The position numbers and the translations under genes were made by a program. This document shows, piece after piece, positions 26,893-39,349 of a DNA stretch of 64,000 bases. The stretch comes from Octopus sinensis (Eukaryota). Location of the stretch: positions 112,406,001 to 112,470,000 of the forward strand of contig NC_043003.1 of the NCBI RefSeq assembly GCF_006345805.1, given 5' to 3'. Below the pieces are notes generated by a model. It was given only the letters and a program-made list of their open reading frames with translations, ran no database searches and was not told the DNA's origin. The first letter of the stretch is position 1; each line of letters starts with the position of its first letter.

Positions 26893-29017
26893 TGATGTGG
26901 CAGAAAATGTTCATGAAAATAGCAATCTTTACTCGAACACCATGATGTATGCAATTTTCAGTAGAAAGAAAAGAGATAATGGGTGTCCATATATTTCCGG
27001 AGGTAAAACAATAATATAATTGGAATGAGAAGGTTTGAAGTTATTAAAATTTAACTCACGCTTATCATCGACATCTAAGACAAAAATATTAACTATCTGT
27101 CATCTTCAATGTCAAACATTTGCATTAATAATTTATATTCTGAAATTTATGTTGGTATAAATATTTGCCTAATGCTTGATAATCATAAAATTAACCAGAT
27201 ATAAGACATTGCGGCTGAAATGAACGATAAGTTGCATACTAATGTAACACAAATAGTGATTATATGCAATGAGAGTAGAATTGCCACAAGACTTTCAAAT
27301 ATATGTAACACAAATCTCATCAAGAAGTTTTATTTTTCATTTCTGTATTAGATTGTCTGCAGGACGATACATTACGTCGCCCTAATTTAACTAATTTGTT
27401 CTCGACATCCAATTCATTTAATGCTTACCAACGAATCACCCTTTCTCTCCATTTCTCTCTTATTTCCTCATACCTCCTATCTATCTCTATATTAATTCAT
27501 TTATTTCTCATTGCCAAACTCGCCTATATCTGTGTTGTCAGATAAATAGACCATTAACGTTTTATCAGTTTTTAATACAATATACACAACGCCAGTGTCA
27601 GAAGAAGAGCTACACCTTTTCCATTAGCTCACTGCAATTTCTCATGCATCTAATTAATTAGTAGAATATCAATGAATATATGTATACGCATATGTATGTG
27701 TATGTATGTATATGTATATATTTACGTATATCTGTATGAATGATTGCATGTATGTATTTAAGTATGTATATATGTTTGTACGTATGTATGTATAGTTTCC
27801 AATTATAAACTGCCAAAGTGCAGAGGTAATGTCTCTGTGAGATGAATATTTAATCAGAATTTCTAAGGTACACGAGTTATCATTACACCTGACTGCCATC
27901 ACGAATCTCTTAGAAAACTAATCAACTCAGCAATAGCGTTTTCTGTATCAGAAGCACTAACGTCCCATTAATGCATACTGTTGATCACATCAAGAGAAAC
28001 ATACACATATTCCGTGCTTGATTTCTGTATTATTTCACCAATATGTGCAAGAAATAAATAATTTGTTTCATTTATTTAAGGATTGGAATGTACCGAATGG
28101 AACCAATATCGGAAAGGCATCTCAACATTATCAAAGGAAGATGATATAAAATAATAGAAACTTGCTTCGATCAGGCTTATATTTATTTTTTTCTGTAATG
28201 ATTAAACAATATTTTTTCTGTTGAAATCACTCATCGCAATATAAAATATCTTTTAACACAAATGTGAGCAATTAAGAATTGCTTATATTCGATTAACTAT
28301 ATTCCATCGATTAATAACTAGGATTATTTAACACCTTACAAAATTCATAGTTTTATGCATATAACGTTTACATGCTATTTTTGAGTTTAGTACCATGATT
28401 CCAAGATCACGTTAACACATGAGTCAATGGTTTTAGTTTCTCAGGTGATATATTATATCGTGGCAGAATTATTTTTCTTTTACAAATTTATATAAAATTT
28501 ATGCTGATATAGCCAATTTATATTGGTGTGTAAGAGGATATTAAATTCCATGTCGTGTTTCGCATATATTCGGTCAAAATTAATGAGAACGTCATATCTA
28601 TAATTTTTTGGTAAAATATAGAATCCTCGTTCTAACTGATTGCTTTGTGAAATATTTCGTATCGTCATCTTGTTACAGAGAAAACAATCTATCGTCATTT
28701 TGGTTTTTGCAGAAATAGAGGAGGTGAAATGATACGTTTACATGAATGATACGTTGTCATTAATGAGGAATTATCAATCCGGGCAAAATACCTGTAATCT
28801 CTCTGTTAATACTCCAAGCTAAAAGGATTTTTTTATTAGTAAATAGATCCGAGTATTCTTGTGACAGGGGCTGAGGTTATATTATTCATCAAAATTCCAT
28901 AGTGTTAATCTATGGTTGTATCCCCAGTTATACTGGAGTTTTTCACAGAGGGATATACAAAACAAGGCTTAAATAATGGTCATTAAATATCTTTTTATTG
29001 TAGTGAATTTGACTTAC

Positions 29018-29079
29018 CGCTGTTTCCGCTAATCCTTATATGTTCGTTATTGATTGGCTTACTCGGTGGGTCCATTTTT
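29018..29079 (-). CDS. Candidate small exon, possibly start-containing: (K)MDPPSKPINNEHIRISGNS
   Basis: Minus strand: pyrimidine tract TCATTCAATTTTTCTCAACAG acceptor, open frame AAAA-ATG-GAC.., donor G|GTAAGT. No partner coding exon identified. Confidence 0.25.
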
Positions 29080-29574
29080 CTGTTGAGAAAAATTGAATGA
29101 CAGAGAATTAATTGTACCGTTATCAGAATCCATTATTTTCTTGTGAGAACCAAGCAAAACAATGATGAAGAACAATATATGAATGGGAAGGGGGAGGGGA
29201 GTGGCAATAAATAAGAATTGAGAGGAAGAGAGATACACAGAAAAGAGGAAAAGAAGTAATGAGCTGGAAAAAGAGGAGCTAACGGTAAGAGAAGAAAAGA
29301 AAAGGAACAGAGAAAAGAAGAGAAATAATGGAGGGGAGCAGGCGATGGAAGAATGAAGAAAGGAAGGGTTAAGCTATGATCAGAAATATGTATATGTGTG
29401 TGTGTTTGTGTGTATGTATGTGCTTGCGTGTGAGTGCATGTGTGAGCATGCGCGCGCGGGTTTGCATAACTTACCTTAAATTTATCCTTTAAAACTCAAA
29501 TGAAATTAAAAAAACAATAAAATTTTAATATTAAACAAACATAAAAAATAGAAAAAAAATTGAAAAGTATATAC

Positions 29575-29602
<28 letters not shown>

Positions 29603-29606
<4 letters not shown>

Positions 29607-30590
29607 ACGGACCACCCTCGCTCGGTCGAACGGAGAATTCGCCACACAGAGAGAACTCGGTGGGGATGGCAGCGAAGTCGGCGACCGGAGATATGACAAC
29701 AACAACAACAACAGGAAGAGACAGACACAAAGAGAATCGGCGGAAGGCAATTGGCTACATTTAAACACAGTTTACGACAATCATTACAACATCAAATACA
29801 TTTAAAGAAAACAACAGGTACACAACAGATCAAAGCATTTAAACATGCAGATACAATAAAACAACAGCATTTAAACAGTACACGTCGAATCAAACAAATA
29901 AGTTCAGATCAAATAATGTTCACGATACGTTACAGTCCAAAGTCCTTCAAAGTCTTTACAATCTCATGTCTTTAGCATTTCAATATCAATACAACAATCA
30001 AACACAGTTCTTTGTTCTTGCTTTCCGCAATTCTGTAACAGTTCGTTATAATCTCTTTACATAATTCACATATCAACACAATTCACAAAGTTCGTTATAA
30101 TCCCTTTATCCAGCACATCAACTCTTTTACAATTCAACATCAATACAACAATTCACGTTACAATTCAACAACACATACCGTTTCAATTTCTAGTGACAAC
30201 TCCTACTACAATAGCCATGCCTTCTATCCGCCGTAATCCCTCTCTCTCGCTCTACATGTTCCCAATGCTTATCTGTCTGTCTTCCGCAGCGTTGTCATCC
30301 TCTCGCCATCGCCACCTTCTTGGCTGCTGTCTTTTTGCCAACCGACTGCCTCCTCCGGCCCCTTTTGCTGTCTCAGGCAGAACTACCTGTTGCCAACTCA
30401 CTCTGTTCCCCACTGACCAACAGTCTCACATCTCCCTGCTTTTTAAGGGGTTTCCTCGAACTTTCTTTGACCGGCACAAGGCCAAAGGTCCCCTCAAAGC
30501 TCATTACTCCTTCGTGAATCTGACAGAACAATGGATTTATTCCAAAAGTAGGTCGCAACCAACTGTCCTTAAATTGAACCATTCATAACA
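29603..30590. mobile_element. Probable solo LTR (988 bp) in (TA)n
   Basis: Termini TGTTACG...CATAACA (TG..CA, inverted), flanked by ATAT on both sides; no coding capacity. A TA-targeting MITE cannot be excluded. Confidence 0.65.
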
Positions 30591-31099
30591 ATATATATAA
30601 ATTAGATAACTTGCATTTATCTTAGAGGCATCATACTTGTCTTGTCTATAGTCTCTCATTATACGATTAAAGTTATCTAGGGAAACTCCTGAGGGATTCA
30701 CTATAGAAATTATTCCTACACTTCGCCAATTCCTTTCTACAGTTAATTAGTTTACTCTTTGACATATGTATTTGTAGTGACACCTAGAAGCAAAACTTGA
30801 ATCGCGTTCGTCCAATTTCAAATGGTTTTGCTCTACTTATAATCGACCATTCTAGTTCATATCTAGTTTAGTGGCTCCTAAGTTGTCATTTTTGATTGCT
30901 AAGTGTTGTCGAGTTTTCTTATTTTTGACTTTAAATAATGTGATATAGTTGAAACAACGAACCTTAAAGGTCGTTGCTAAACATCCTCTGTAACTGTAAG
31001 TTTTATGATGGGTTACTACCCTGCATTCTTAGACTGCTTTTATCGAGACATTTCATTTATAAGACATTGTATCTATTTCCCATTACATGTTGTAGGGGC

Positions 31100-31620
31100 A
31101 AAATATACAATAAGAAATTAAATACAAAATATCATGTTATGGTTGGGACGTCGGAAAGTAGGGTGCCACCTTAACCCCAGCAAAAATAGCAGATCACATA
31201 CGATAATGGACACAATAGCAAGGAACAATTAAAAACTAGTATCTCAGATACACCGGAAGATAAGCCTAAATGACCCCCACAAGGATGATAGACATAATGC
31301 TAACACGATGATAAATGAATTAGATAATGAAAGTAGATACATCGACGGTCATAATAGTTATAATTACAAAGCAGATGAGAGTAAATGTAAACAGAACAAT
31401 TGGGGCAGGAAAAATAGAGCTAGAGATTCCGACCCCATAAAAAACAAAAATCTACGAAAACTATCTGGTTCAAAGATACATTATGGTTCCAAATTGCAAG
31501 TAATATCACGAGAAAATGTTTGGCGGCCCTTGATAAAATTTGTTTAACCGGCACTCTGTGAGATTTGATCATTCTACTGCAAGAAAACTTGCACAAATAT
31601 TATCGTCAAACAACGCTCGT
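31100..31620 (+). mobile_element. Decayed Penelope-like fragment (RT-EN linker)
   Basis: RKTIWF..IASNITRKCLAALDK resembles the PLE linker RKIIWFNPP..TNIGKxFLxLIDKHF. Confidence 0.5.
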
Positions 31621-32398
31621 AGATTAAACGCATTAGAAGCGTATAAATTCACTTGTGTCTGACCGGATTATATCTAAAATCAAAATAATATTGATACTAG
31701 GAGCAACTCTAACTACACGAGGAATAAATAGTGAGAGTGGGAAATATAATATAAGTGTAATAACAGTGGGTAAGGGTTGTCGTCGGGGAAGAGGTTATGG
31801 CAATACAAATGGTGGTGTTGCAAATGATAGGTTGAACGTTGGTGGGGAATGGATACTAGAGATACTAGTAGCATGAGCAATGAAAAGGATAACATCGGTA
31901 ATAATATTAATAACATATTGATTAGAAGAACAGGTTTATGAATAAGAATAGGAAAAATGATTATAATTATTAAAAAAATTATTATTATAATAGTGACAAG
32001 AATATATATATTAGAAGATCTACTGACGATGATGATTAAGATGCAGCATAGTAGACATAATAAGGCCAGCAATAGGCATTTATATACATAGATAATTATT
32101 TTCAAAGCAGATTGGCATTTCAAATATTTCACTACATCGTCGAAAACCAATAGTCTATACAGAATACATACAAAATAATCATCTGAAATAATGTGCGGTT
32201 ATTCTTTTAAACTAAACGCGGTCCTTCCATCTACCTGTATTGATAATCCACTGGCTGCATTATTCGGTTACGGCAGTTTAATGTAGACTCAGATATAAGT
32301 TTGAGGGCCCGCATTATTTGGTAATTTCTCATGCACTCATCGCAACTGCTTCTAGACACAAGCACATACACACTCACACACACATGCATGCATATATG

Positions 32399-32441
<43 letters not shown>

Positions 32442-32554
32442 GAGCAAAACTCCCCACCCCCACCCCCGTCAATGAGGATGTGTTGTCAAATATTTAAACC
32501 AATTTTCTCAAAACAACTGAACCCGGGACCATATGGTTCGTAAGCAATCTACTT

Positions 32555-32765
32555 ACCTATTTCTTTACTACCCACAAGTGGCTAAAAACAGAGAGGATAA
32601 ACAAAGACAGACAAACGGATTAAGTCGATTAAAGCGACCACAGTGCGTAACTGGTACTTATTTAATCGACCCCGAAAAGATGAAACGCAATGTCGACCTC
32701 GGCGAACGAAATACGGCTACGCATTTCGCCCGGCGTGCTAACGTTTCTGCCATCTCGCCGCTTAC
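32555..32765 (-). mobile_element. tRNA-derived SINE, tail type A (internal deletion, no clear TSD)
   Basis: Reverse complement aligns with 23737-23970; ends ..TGTGGGTAGTAAAGAAATAGGT. Confidence 0.85.
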
Positions 32766-33013
32766 CACTCGGCCACCTCTAAGCCTATATTAATGAATAA
32801 TAACGTAATACTTTACTAAAAGTATTGAGTTATCTTTCACTTTAATGTAAATATCATCATTAATATAAGCATGCAGCATATATACACTTTTGAGAAGATT
32901 GGTAGCTTTCTACCTAGCATTTTCATGGCGGAAGGTGAAGAGTGTGATATGTCAAGAAATACGTATGTATATATATATATATATATATGTATATGTATAT
33001 ATATATATGTATA

Positions 33014-33046
<33 letters not shown>

Positions 33047-33575
33047 ATAATATATATATATATATATATATAGTGTTGCTCAATATAGTCAAATGCTTTC
33101 ATAGTATTACACGTACTTTGATTTATTGTATTCCAGAAAATTTTTTGCTAAATAATATATTGAAAAAATTACTTTGATTGTTTCGACCCAACAACTCATA
33201 TCTACTGAACTTTGAATATATAAAAGTTATGGTAATCAATTAACTCGGTATATTAACTATGCACTGATATAGAGAATACTTCAATATATAAATAATAATC
33301 AATATTTCTTGATTACAGAATTCTTTAATTTCTAGGACAGTTTGACACAACTGTAATGAATGCTCTCGATAGGACACGCAATCAAACACAGCTATGCACA
33401 CAGACAGTGCTGCGGATAGAAATGCATAATCAAGAATGTGCATTTTTATATATAGGTATATGTGTAGGTGTATATATATATGTGTGTGCGTATGTGCATG
33501 TGTGTAAGTGCATATATATATGTATATATACATCAATACCCAAACGCACATGCACACATACATATATATATATAT

Positions 33576-33637
<62 letters not shown>

Positions 33638-33734
33638 TACGATTGTACGTTTAAATGTGTGTGAAGGAGAACACGCCCTGAAAAATCATATCTTCTCTCA
33701 GGAAATCTAACCTAATTAGGAAAGTTGCAATTAT

Positions 33735-33781
33735 ATGCATATATATGCACAAACAAATGCATATGTGTATATATATGTATG

Positions 33782-33812
<31 letters not shown>

Positions 33813-33817
33813 GTATA

Positions 33818-33857
<40 letters not shown>

Positions 33858-34000
33858 TATATATATAGATATATATATATGTATGTTTATATATGTTTAT
33901 ATATATATATATGGATGTTTATATATGTTTATATATATATATATATATATATAAACTGTACTGGGAGAAGAAAAAGAAACGAAATGAAACGGAACGAATA

Positions 34001-34097
<97 letters not shown>

Positions 34098-34194
34098 TTA
34101 TATATGTTTATATATATATATAAATATACACGAACACACACACACATACAAACACACGTAAGTCTATATCTATACATGTATAGATATAGAATGC

Positions 34195-34226
<32 letters not shown>

Positions 34227-34891
34227 ATGTATGTATAGATACATACACGCATTTACACTCATGCATACACGCAGCTACTAAGACACACATGCACACATAC
34301 ATACATAACTACATACATACATACATACATACATACGCACACACATACTTATATAAACATAGGAATATACTTATATGTGTGTGTGTGTGTGCGTTTGATT
34401 GTGTGCTTGTGTGCCTGTTTGTGTGTATGTGTGTGCAACTTTGTATATATTGTTTGTGAGTTTGTGAAACAAGAAAGTGAAATTAGTCAAGACATGTCAC
34501 TTCTTGCCAACGGTTATCTCTCAAACAACTTTTCTATTCTCAGTCTACGTCATACCTGTTGAACTTTGTAGTAATGGAAATTAAAGCAATCAATTAATTC
34601 CATATATTAACTCTACCGATGGTAGATGGTATACTTCAAAAGATTAACACTAAATCGATAATTCTTTATTACAGAAAGCCATATTTTCTAGATTATTCGG
34701 TGGAACTGTAATATTGATTTGCAATACATAAACACGTATATGCTTGCATACATACATGTATACATAAATACATACATACGCGCCTATTGAATAGTTGTAT
34801 ATATGTGTGTGTGTGCGTTTGTGTATGTGTGTATATATATATTATATATATATATATATGTATATGTATATATATATGGATGTTTATATAT

Positions 34892-34948
<57 letters not shown>

Positions 34949-34954
34949 GATATC

Positions 34955-34985
<31 letters not shown>

Positions 34986-35022
34986 TACTGGGAGAAGAAA
35001 AGAAACGAAACGAAACGGAACG

Positions 35023-35082
<60 letters not shown>

Positions 35083-35190
35083 GTATGTTTATATATATTA
35101 TATATATATATATATATATAAATATACACGAACACACACACACATACAAACACACGTAAGTATATATGTATATGTAGAGATATACATACA
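33735..35190. repeat. (TA)n-rich region containing a ~1-kb-period direct duplication
   Basis: Unique islands ATGGATGTTTATATATG, AACTGTACTGGGAGAAGAAAA..GAAACGGAACGAATA and AATATACACGAACACACACACACATACAAACACACGTAAG recur at ~33910/33955/34120 and ~34875/34980/35120. Confidence 0.85.
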
Positions 35191-35209
35191 TACACACACA
35201 CACACATAT

Positions 35210-35254
<45 letters not shown>

Positions 35255-36102
35255 TATATATAGATATATATATATATTCATATATATACACACACACACA
35301 CACCACACATATATATATATATACATATATATACTCATGTGCGTGATTGTGGGTGGGTGGGTGCATGAGTGTGAGTTGTGTCTCTGTGCGTGTGTGTAAT
35401 TTACAAATATAGATCAATATTATTATTCCGTATCAGTGCTGCATAAACACGAAGACGCTAATTGCTAAATTCTTTCGTTAATAAATTCATGAAGCATATT
35501 GTATAATGATCGGATGAATAAGTTGTTGGTTAGCGCATCCGTCTTATGCCAACCCATCGGCTTGCAATTCTCATCCAGTATTCTTAATCTTTTATTACAT
35601 GTTCATCCGTGTTTTCTCAGTGTATGTTAATGGTCTCTGGGTCCTACAAACTATTTCCGAACCTTCCCCGTCTTCTCCATTCTTCCTTTGCCGTTCATTT
35701 AAATACTGATGTAGTTAACCGGTAATTTTGTTGCTGTAGAATATGAGCAGGTTTCTCTTTAAAAAATTGGAGTAAATTTGGTTGGCTGAAGGAGATATCC
35801 AATCTACAGTGGAGAAGGCTAGCCACTGGATTTGGATAAAAAGAGACGATGAGCGATGGCTAGAAGTATATTGAGTTCTTCACAACGGGCTGATCTAGCA
35901 AGCGGAGACTCATATCAGTGAGGGGGGCCGGTGCGCATTGATGCCGTCGAGAGGTAGGCCCCGAAACGACACGCATTCTCTCCTGATGACCCCATACACT
36001 TGCTAGCTTCCGGTATACGGAGCTTTTAATTGGTAGCACTTGCATGTGCAAGTTGTTTGCAAGACATACTAGTACGTACTAATTTTCGAGTAGACGGTAA
36101 TA

Positions 36103-36243
36103 TAAGGTTGTCCCAAAAGTTCGTAGAAAGTCTTGGAAAATAATGGTCTTTATTTTGAGGAATAATTTTTGCTGTTTTTGTTAGTACTTGGCGAGTAAAA
36201 ATTCATTTTTCGCAAGTGTTTACGAACTTTTGGGACAACCTAA
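36103..36243. mobile_element. Tc1/mariner-type MITE (~140 bp)
   Basis: Perfect 21-bp inverted repeats AGGTTGTCCCAAAAGTTCGTA (36105-36125) and TACGAACTTTTGGGACAACCT (36221-36241), extendable with one mismatch; TA on both sides. Confidence 0.85.
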
Positions 36244-36386
36244 TACGTACAACTAATCAGAATTTAGTTTAAAAATCTTGTAGGAAACGAATTAGACATT
36301 ATATATTTATGTACATATATATATATTTATATTTTATCTTTTATCTAGTTTCAGCTCACGAGCTCTGCCCATGCTGGAGCACCGCG

Positions 36387-36430
<44 letters not shown>

Positions 36431-36442
36431 GATATATATATA

Positions 36443-36541
<99 letters not shown>

Positions 36542-36879
36542 TATACAGAATGTTTTTAATAAAGAAATCAACACAGAAGCTGTAAAAACATGTAAAACTT
36601 TATCTAGTCAGCACCCACTTATCAAATATATATTTTATTTTTACGCTTGAATTGTTACTGTCGGAATCTACCAATTAGCAGGTAAATACCAACTGGATTT
36701 CATTAATACGCCAATGAGGACATGAGCAAACAGTATCGGGTCTTCCAGATCGTACGTAGATAAAGTAATTGTAAGCTTGTAAATAGAATTAGCATAAGTT
36801 TTCCAAAGTTCAAAATCATCGTCTACACAAATAATTCTGAACTGTACAGTCGACCTAGATGGAATCCTATGATACTTGA

Positions 36880-37800
36880 ATCCAAGCTGACGTGTGTGGA
36901 ACTTAATGAAACAGCACTTTGCTGAACTGTGCGAGGTAAATCGAAGACGGAGGAGGATTTCACCTTCTAGCTTGGCGGCATGCTACACCTTTCAGATATG
37001 TATGCGCAGTTCTACGAAATTCTGATAAAAGCCGAAAACATATTAGAGGCGATGTCTTGCTGCACAGTTGAGAAGTCTCCGGGCTCGATTGTCCGTCCTC
37101 GAGGTTTACATTCATATACCAGACTTGTTCGGTGATCTTTTGACAGATGTATACCACAGCAGCCATCATAACGGGATAATTCCCAATACTGTGAGCTGTG
37201 GCACAGTGGTGCTGCTGAGAAGGAACCCGAACAAGGAGGGGTCCAAATAGATAATTTTTTCCCCATAACTCTTTTGAACGCAGATCACAAGAATTTGGCC
37301 GAGGTGTTCGCGAAGATTTTCATGCTTTTTATCAATAAATCGGTCGGTCACTCGCAGACAAGCAGGATCCTAAGCAGATCTATCCACGAAAACCTCCAAC
37401 ACCTGCGTCACATTATAGAGACATTGGAGAAGCAAACTGATTTGTGGAATTTTGTCTTTCAGCCGTTGACGCGTGTATAACGGATCTGGTTATCAGCCGA
37501 GTCCATTTGTGAATACAGCTCTGCCGCTTTTTTTTTTGGCCGTGAAGGGAAGGCAGTTTTCTACTGCCTGGCAGTTATGTAGTGGAGGATGTTGAAAGGA
37601 CCGAAAACAGATACTTTCCTCTTCGGTGAAGCCTTCATCGATTTCCCACGATCTACTTGAAAATGAAAGTGAGTTTGGAAAAGGAAGTACTGCTCCTCGG
37701 TATCCCAGTATTTCTGCTGAAAAGTAAGTGGATGTAAGAAAGATGGCCCGTGTGAATGAGCCTAGTTAGAGCATGCACCTATAGGCCGGAGGGTAATAGC
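36880..37800 (+). mobile_element. Old, internally deleted Tx1-like LINE (RT N-part joined to ORF2 C-terminus)
   Basis: EKSPGLD..IPDLFGDLL..PITLLNADHKNLA..SIHENLQHLRHIIE, then WRMLKG..TFLFGEAFI..MKVSLEKEVL..KMARVN, homologous to 15827-17772. Confidence 0.75.
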
Positions 37801-37924
37801 TCCCCGTCCAAGGTGCCCTTGGAACTCGGGATCTCCAGGCTGTGTGGAGTTCCTGTCTTTTCTGTTGTCCCATCTTTTGCTTCTCTGTGTGACCGTTGTG
37901 GACAGTTAAGATAGGATTATTATC

Positions 37925-38425
37925 ATTATTATTGAGTGAGCGAGCAGTCATAATGACACTGGGGTAAAATATGAGAAACCCAGTATACCTATCATGACTA
38001 CCCATCTGATAAGGGTACACCAGGCACATGTATCACAACTATGTGTGTGCGACATGGTGATTTTCTATCAAGATAAACAACGCATGACATATACATATAT
38101 ACGACGGGCTTCTTTCAGTGTCCGTATACCAAATCCAGTCGCAAGGTTTTGGTCAGCCGGAGGCTATAGCAGGTGCGACCCAGTTAGAATTTGCTTCAGG
38201 TCGTGTAGCCCATCCCGCTCAAAAAGTCCCTGAATAGGATGTCGAACAAAACACCCATGTTTCCAGCAATGAATAATCCAAATCCCAAAAGAATTCCTCT
38301 CAACACATGGCTATGATACTCCCACTCTACTTCGTCGGCTACTAAGGGACATGCTCAAATTATTAAGGTAAAAAAAAAACGACAAGAAAACCTGTGGTAT
38401 TGAGCAGAATATTTGTCCGGGTATT
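37925..38425 (-). mobile_element. Unclassified ~450-bp interspersed repeat with (TAA)n 3' end, copy 1
   Basis: Aligns with 61990-62520 and 62565-63010; each starts at a TTATTATT run on the + strand. Confidence 0.75.
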
Positions 38426-38489
38426 GCTGACTTTTGGGGTTACGTCAAACACCTACTGTCATATGTAAGGCAGTTCCGACTGTCGGCTT

Positions 38490-39085
38490 AGTTTGCAATG
38501 ATGATTGCACTGCCGTCCGCTTCAATCGATCAGACAAAGCAGTTTTCCGTTGCGTGGTGCCTCTGGTGGATCTGGTAGTTTGTTGGACAAGGTTGAAAGG
38601 CATGAGGATATACTTACATTCCTCTTTCGTGGAGCTTTCATTAATTTCTTCAACCTTCACTTGAAAAGGAAATTGAGAGTGGAGAGGGAGGTGCTGCCCT
38701 CCAGTGAGTTTATTGAAAGGTGGGTGAAAGTTACGAAAAGGGCAAGAATGAAAGGAAACCCTTTAAGTGTAGACCTGTGAGTCGGAGACGAGTTGTAGAG
38801 GGCACTTGCTCCTAGAGTTTCAGGGAAATCTCGGACAGTGGGGTTCCTCGATTATCCCTAGAGGCTTTCTTGTATCAGGAGGGTTATAGCTCTATCATCC
38901 TCCTCGCCACTTTTATTTAAAACATTTGTATGCTATGCATATGTCACTTCTTTTTCAGTGTATACTGTGTATACTTCCTTTCTTTCTTTCATTTTTTATC
39001 AATACATTATTTATAAACTCTCACACTCAATGGCTGTCTTTGTATTGTCCCCCTTGTCATTCATCCTAGAGGCAAATAAATGAAA
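38490..39085 (+). mobile_element. 3' end of a second Tx1-like family, ending at an (ATC)n/(TAG)n microsatellite
   Basis: CWTRLKG..TFLFRGAFINFFNLHLKRKLRVEREVLPSSEFIERWVKV aligns with the Tx1 ORF2 C-terminus; distinct 3' UTR ending AATAAATGAAATCATC. Confidence 0.75.
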
Positions 39086-39107
39086 TCATCAGCATCATTA
39101 TTATAGC

Positions 39108-39144
<37 letters not shown>

Positions 39145-39152
39145 TCATCATT

Positions 39153-39190
<38 letters not shown>

Positions 39191-39200
39191 TATTATTATT
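39086..39200. repeat. (TAG)n/(TCA)n/(TAT)n compound microsatellite
   Basis: Direct reading. Confidence 0.9.
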
Positions 39201-39349
39201 TGACGGTGTGATATTGGATATGAACTACTGTCTTCCTTTTAGACAGTAGTGATTCATTCTAAAGAGCTTGTAATCGAAACTCGACTGGCGCAACCCATGA
39301 CGAATTTAATACAATCTGTCAAAAAAAAAAAACCCACTGCTATTTTTTC

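Noticed and set aside
25340-27440. Isolated minus-strand GTAAG donors near 25370, 26255 and 27425
   Set aside because: Upstream frames have stops or lack credible acceptors; such motifs are expected by chance in 64 kb.
31713-32150. 145-aa hydrophobic ORF resembling a membrane protein
   Set aside because: Derived from (TAT)/(ATA)-rich low-complexity sequence.
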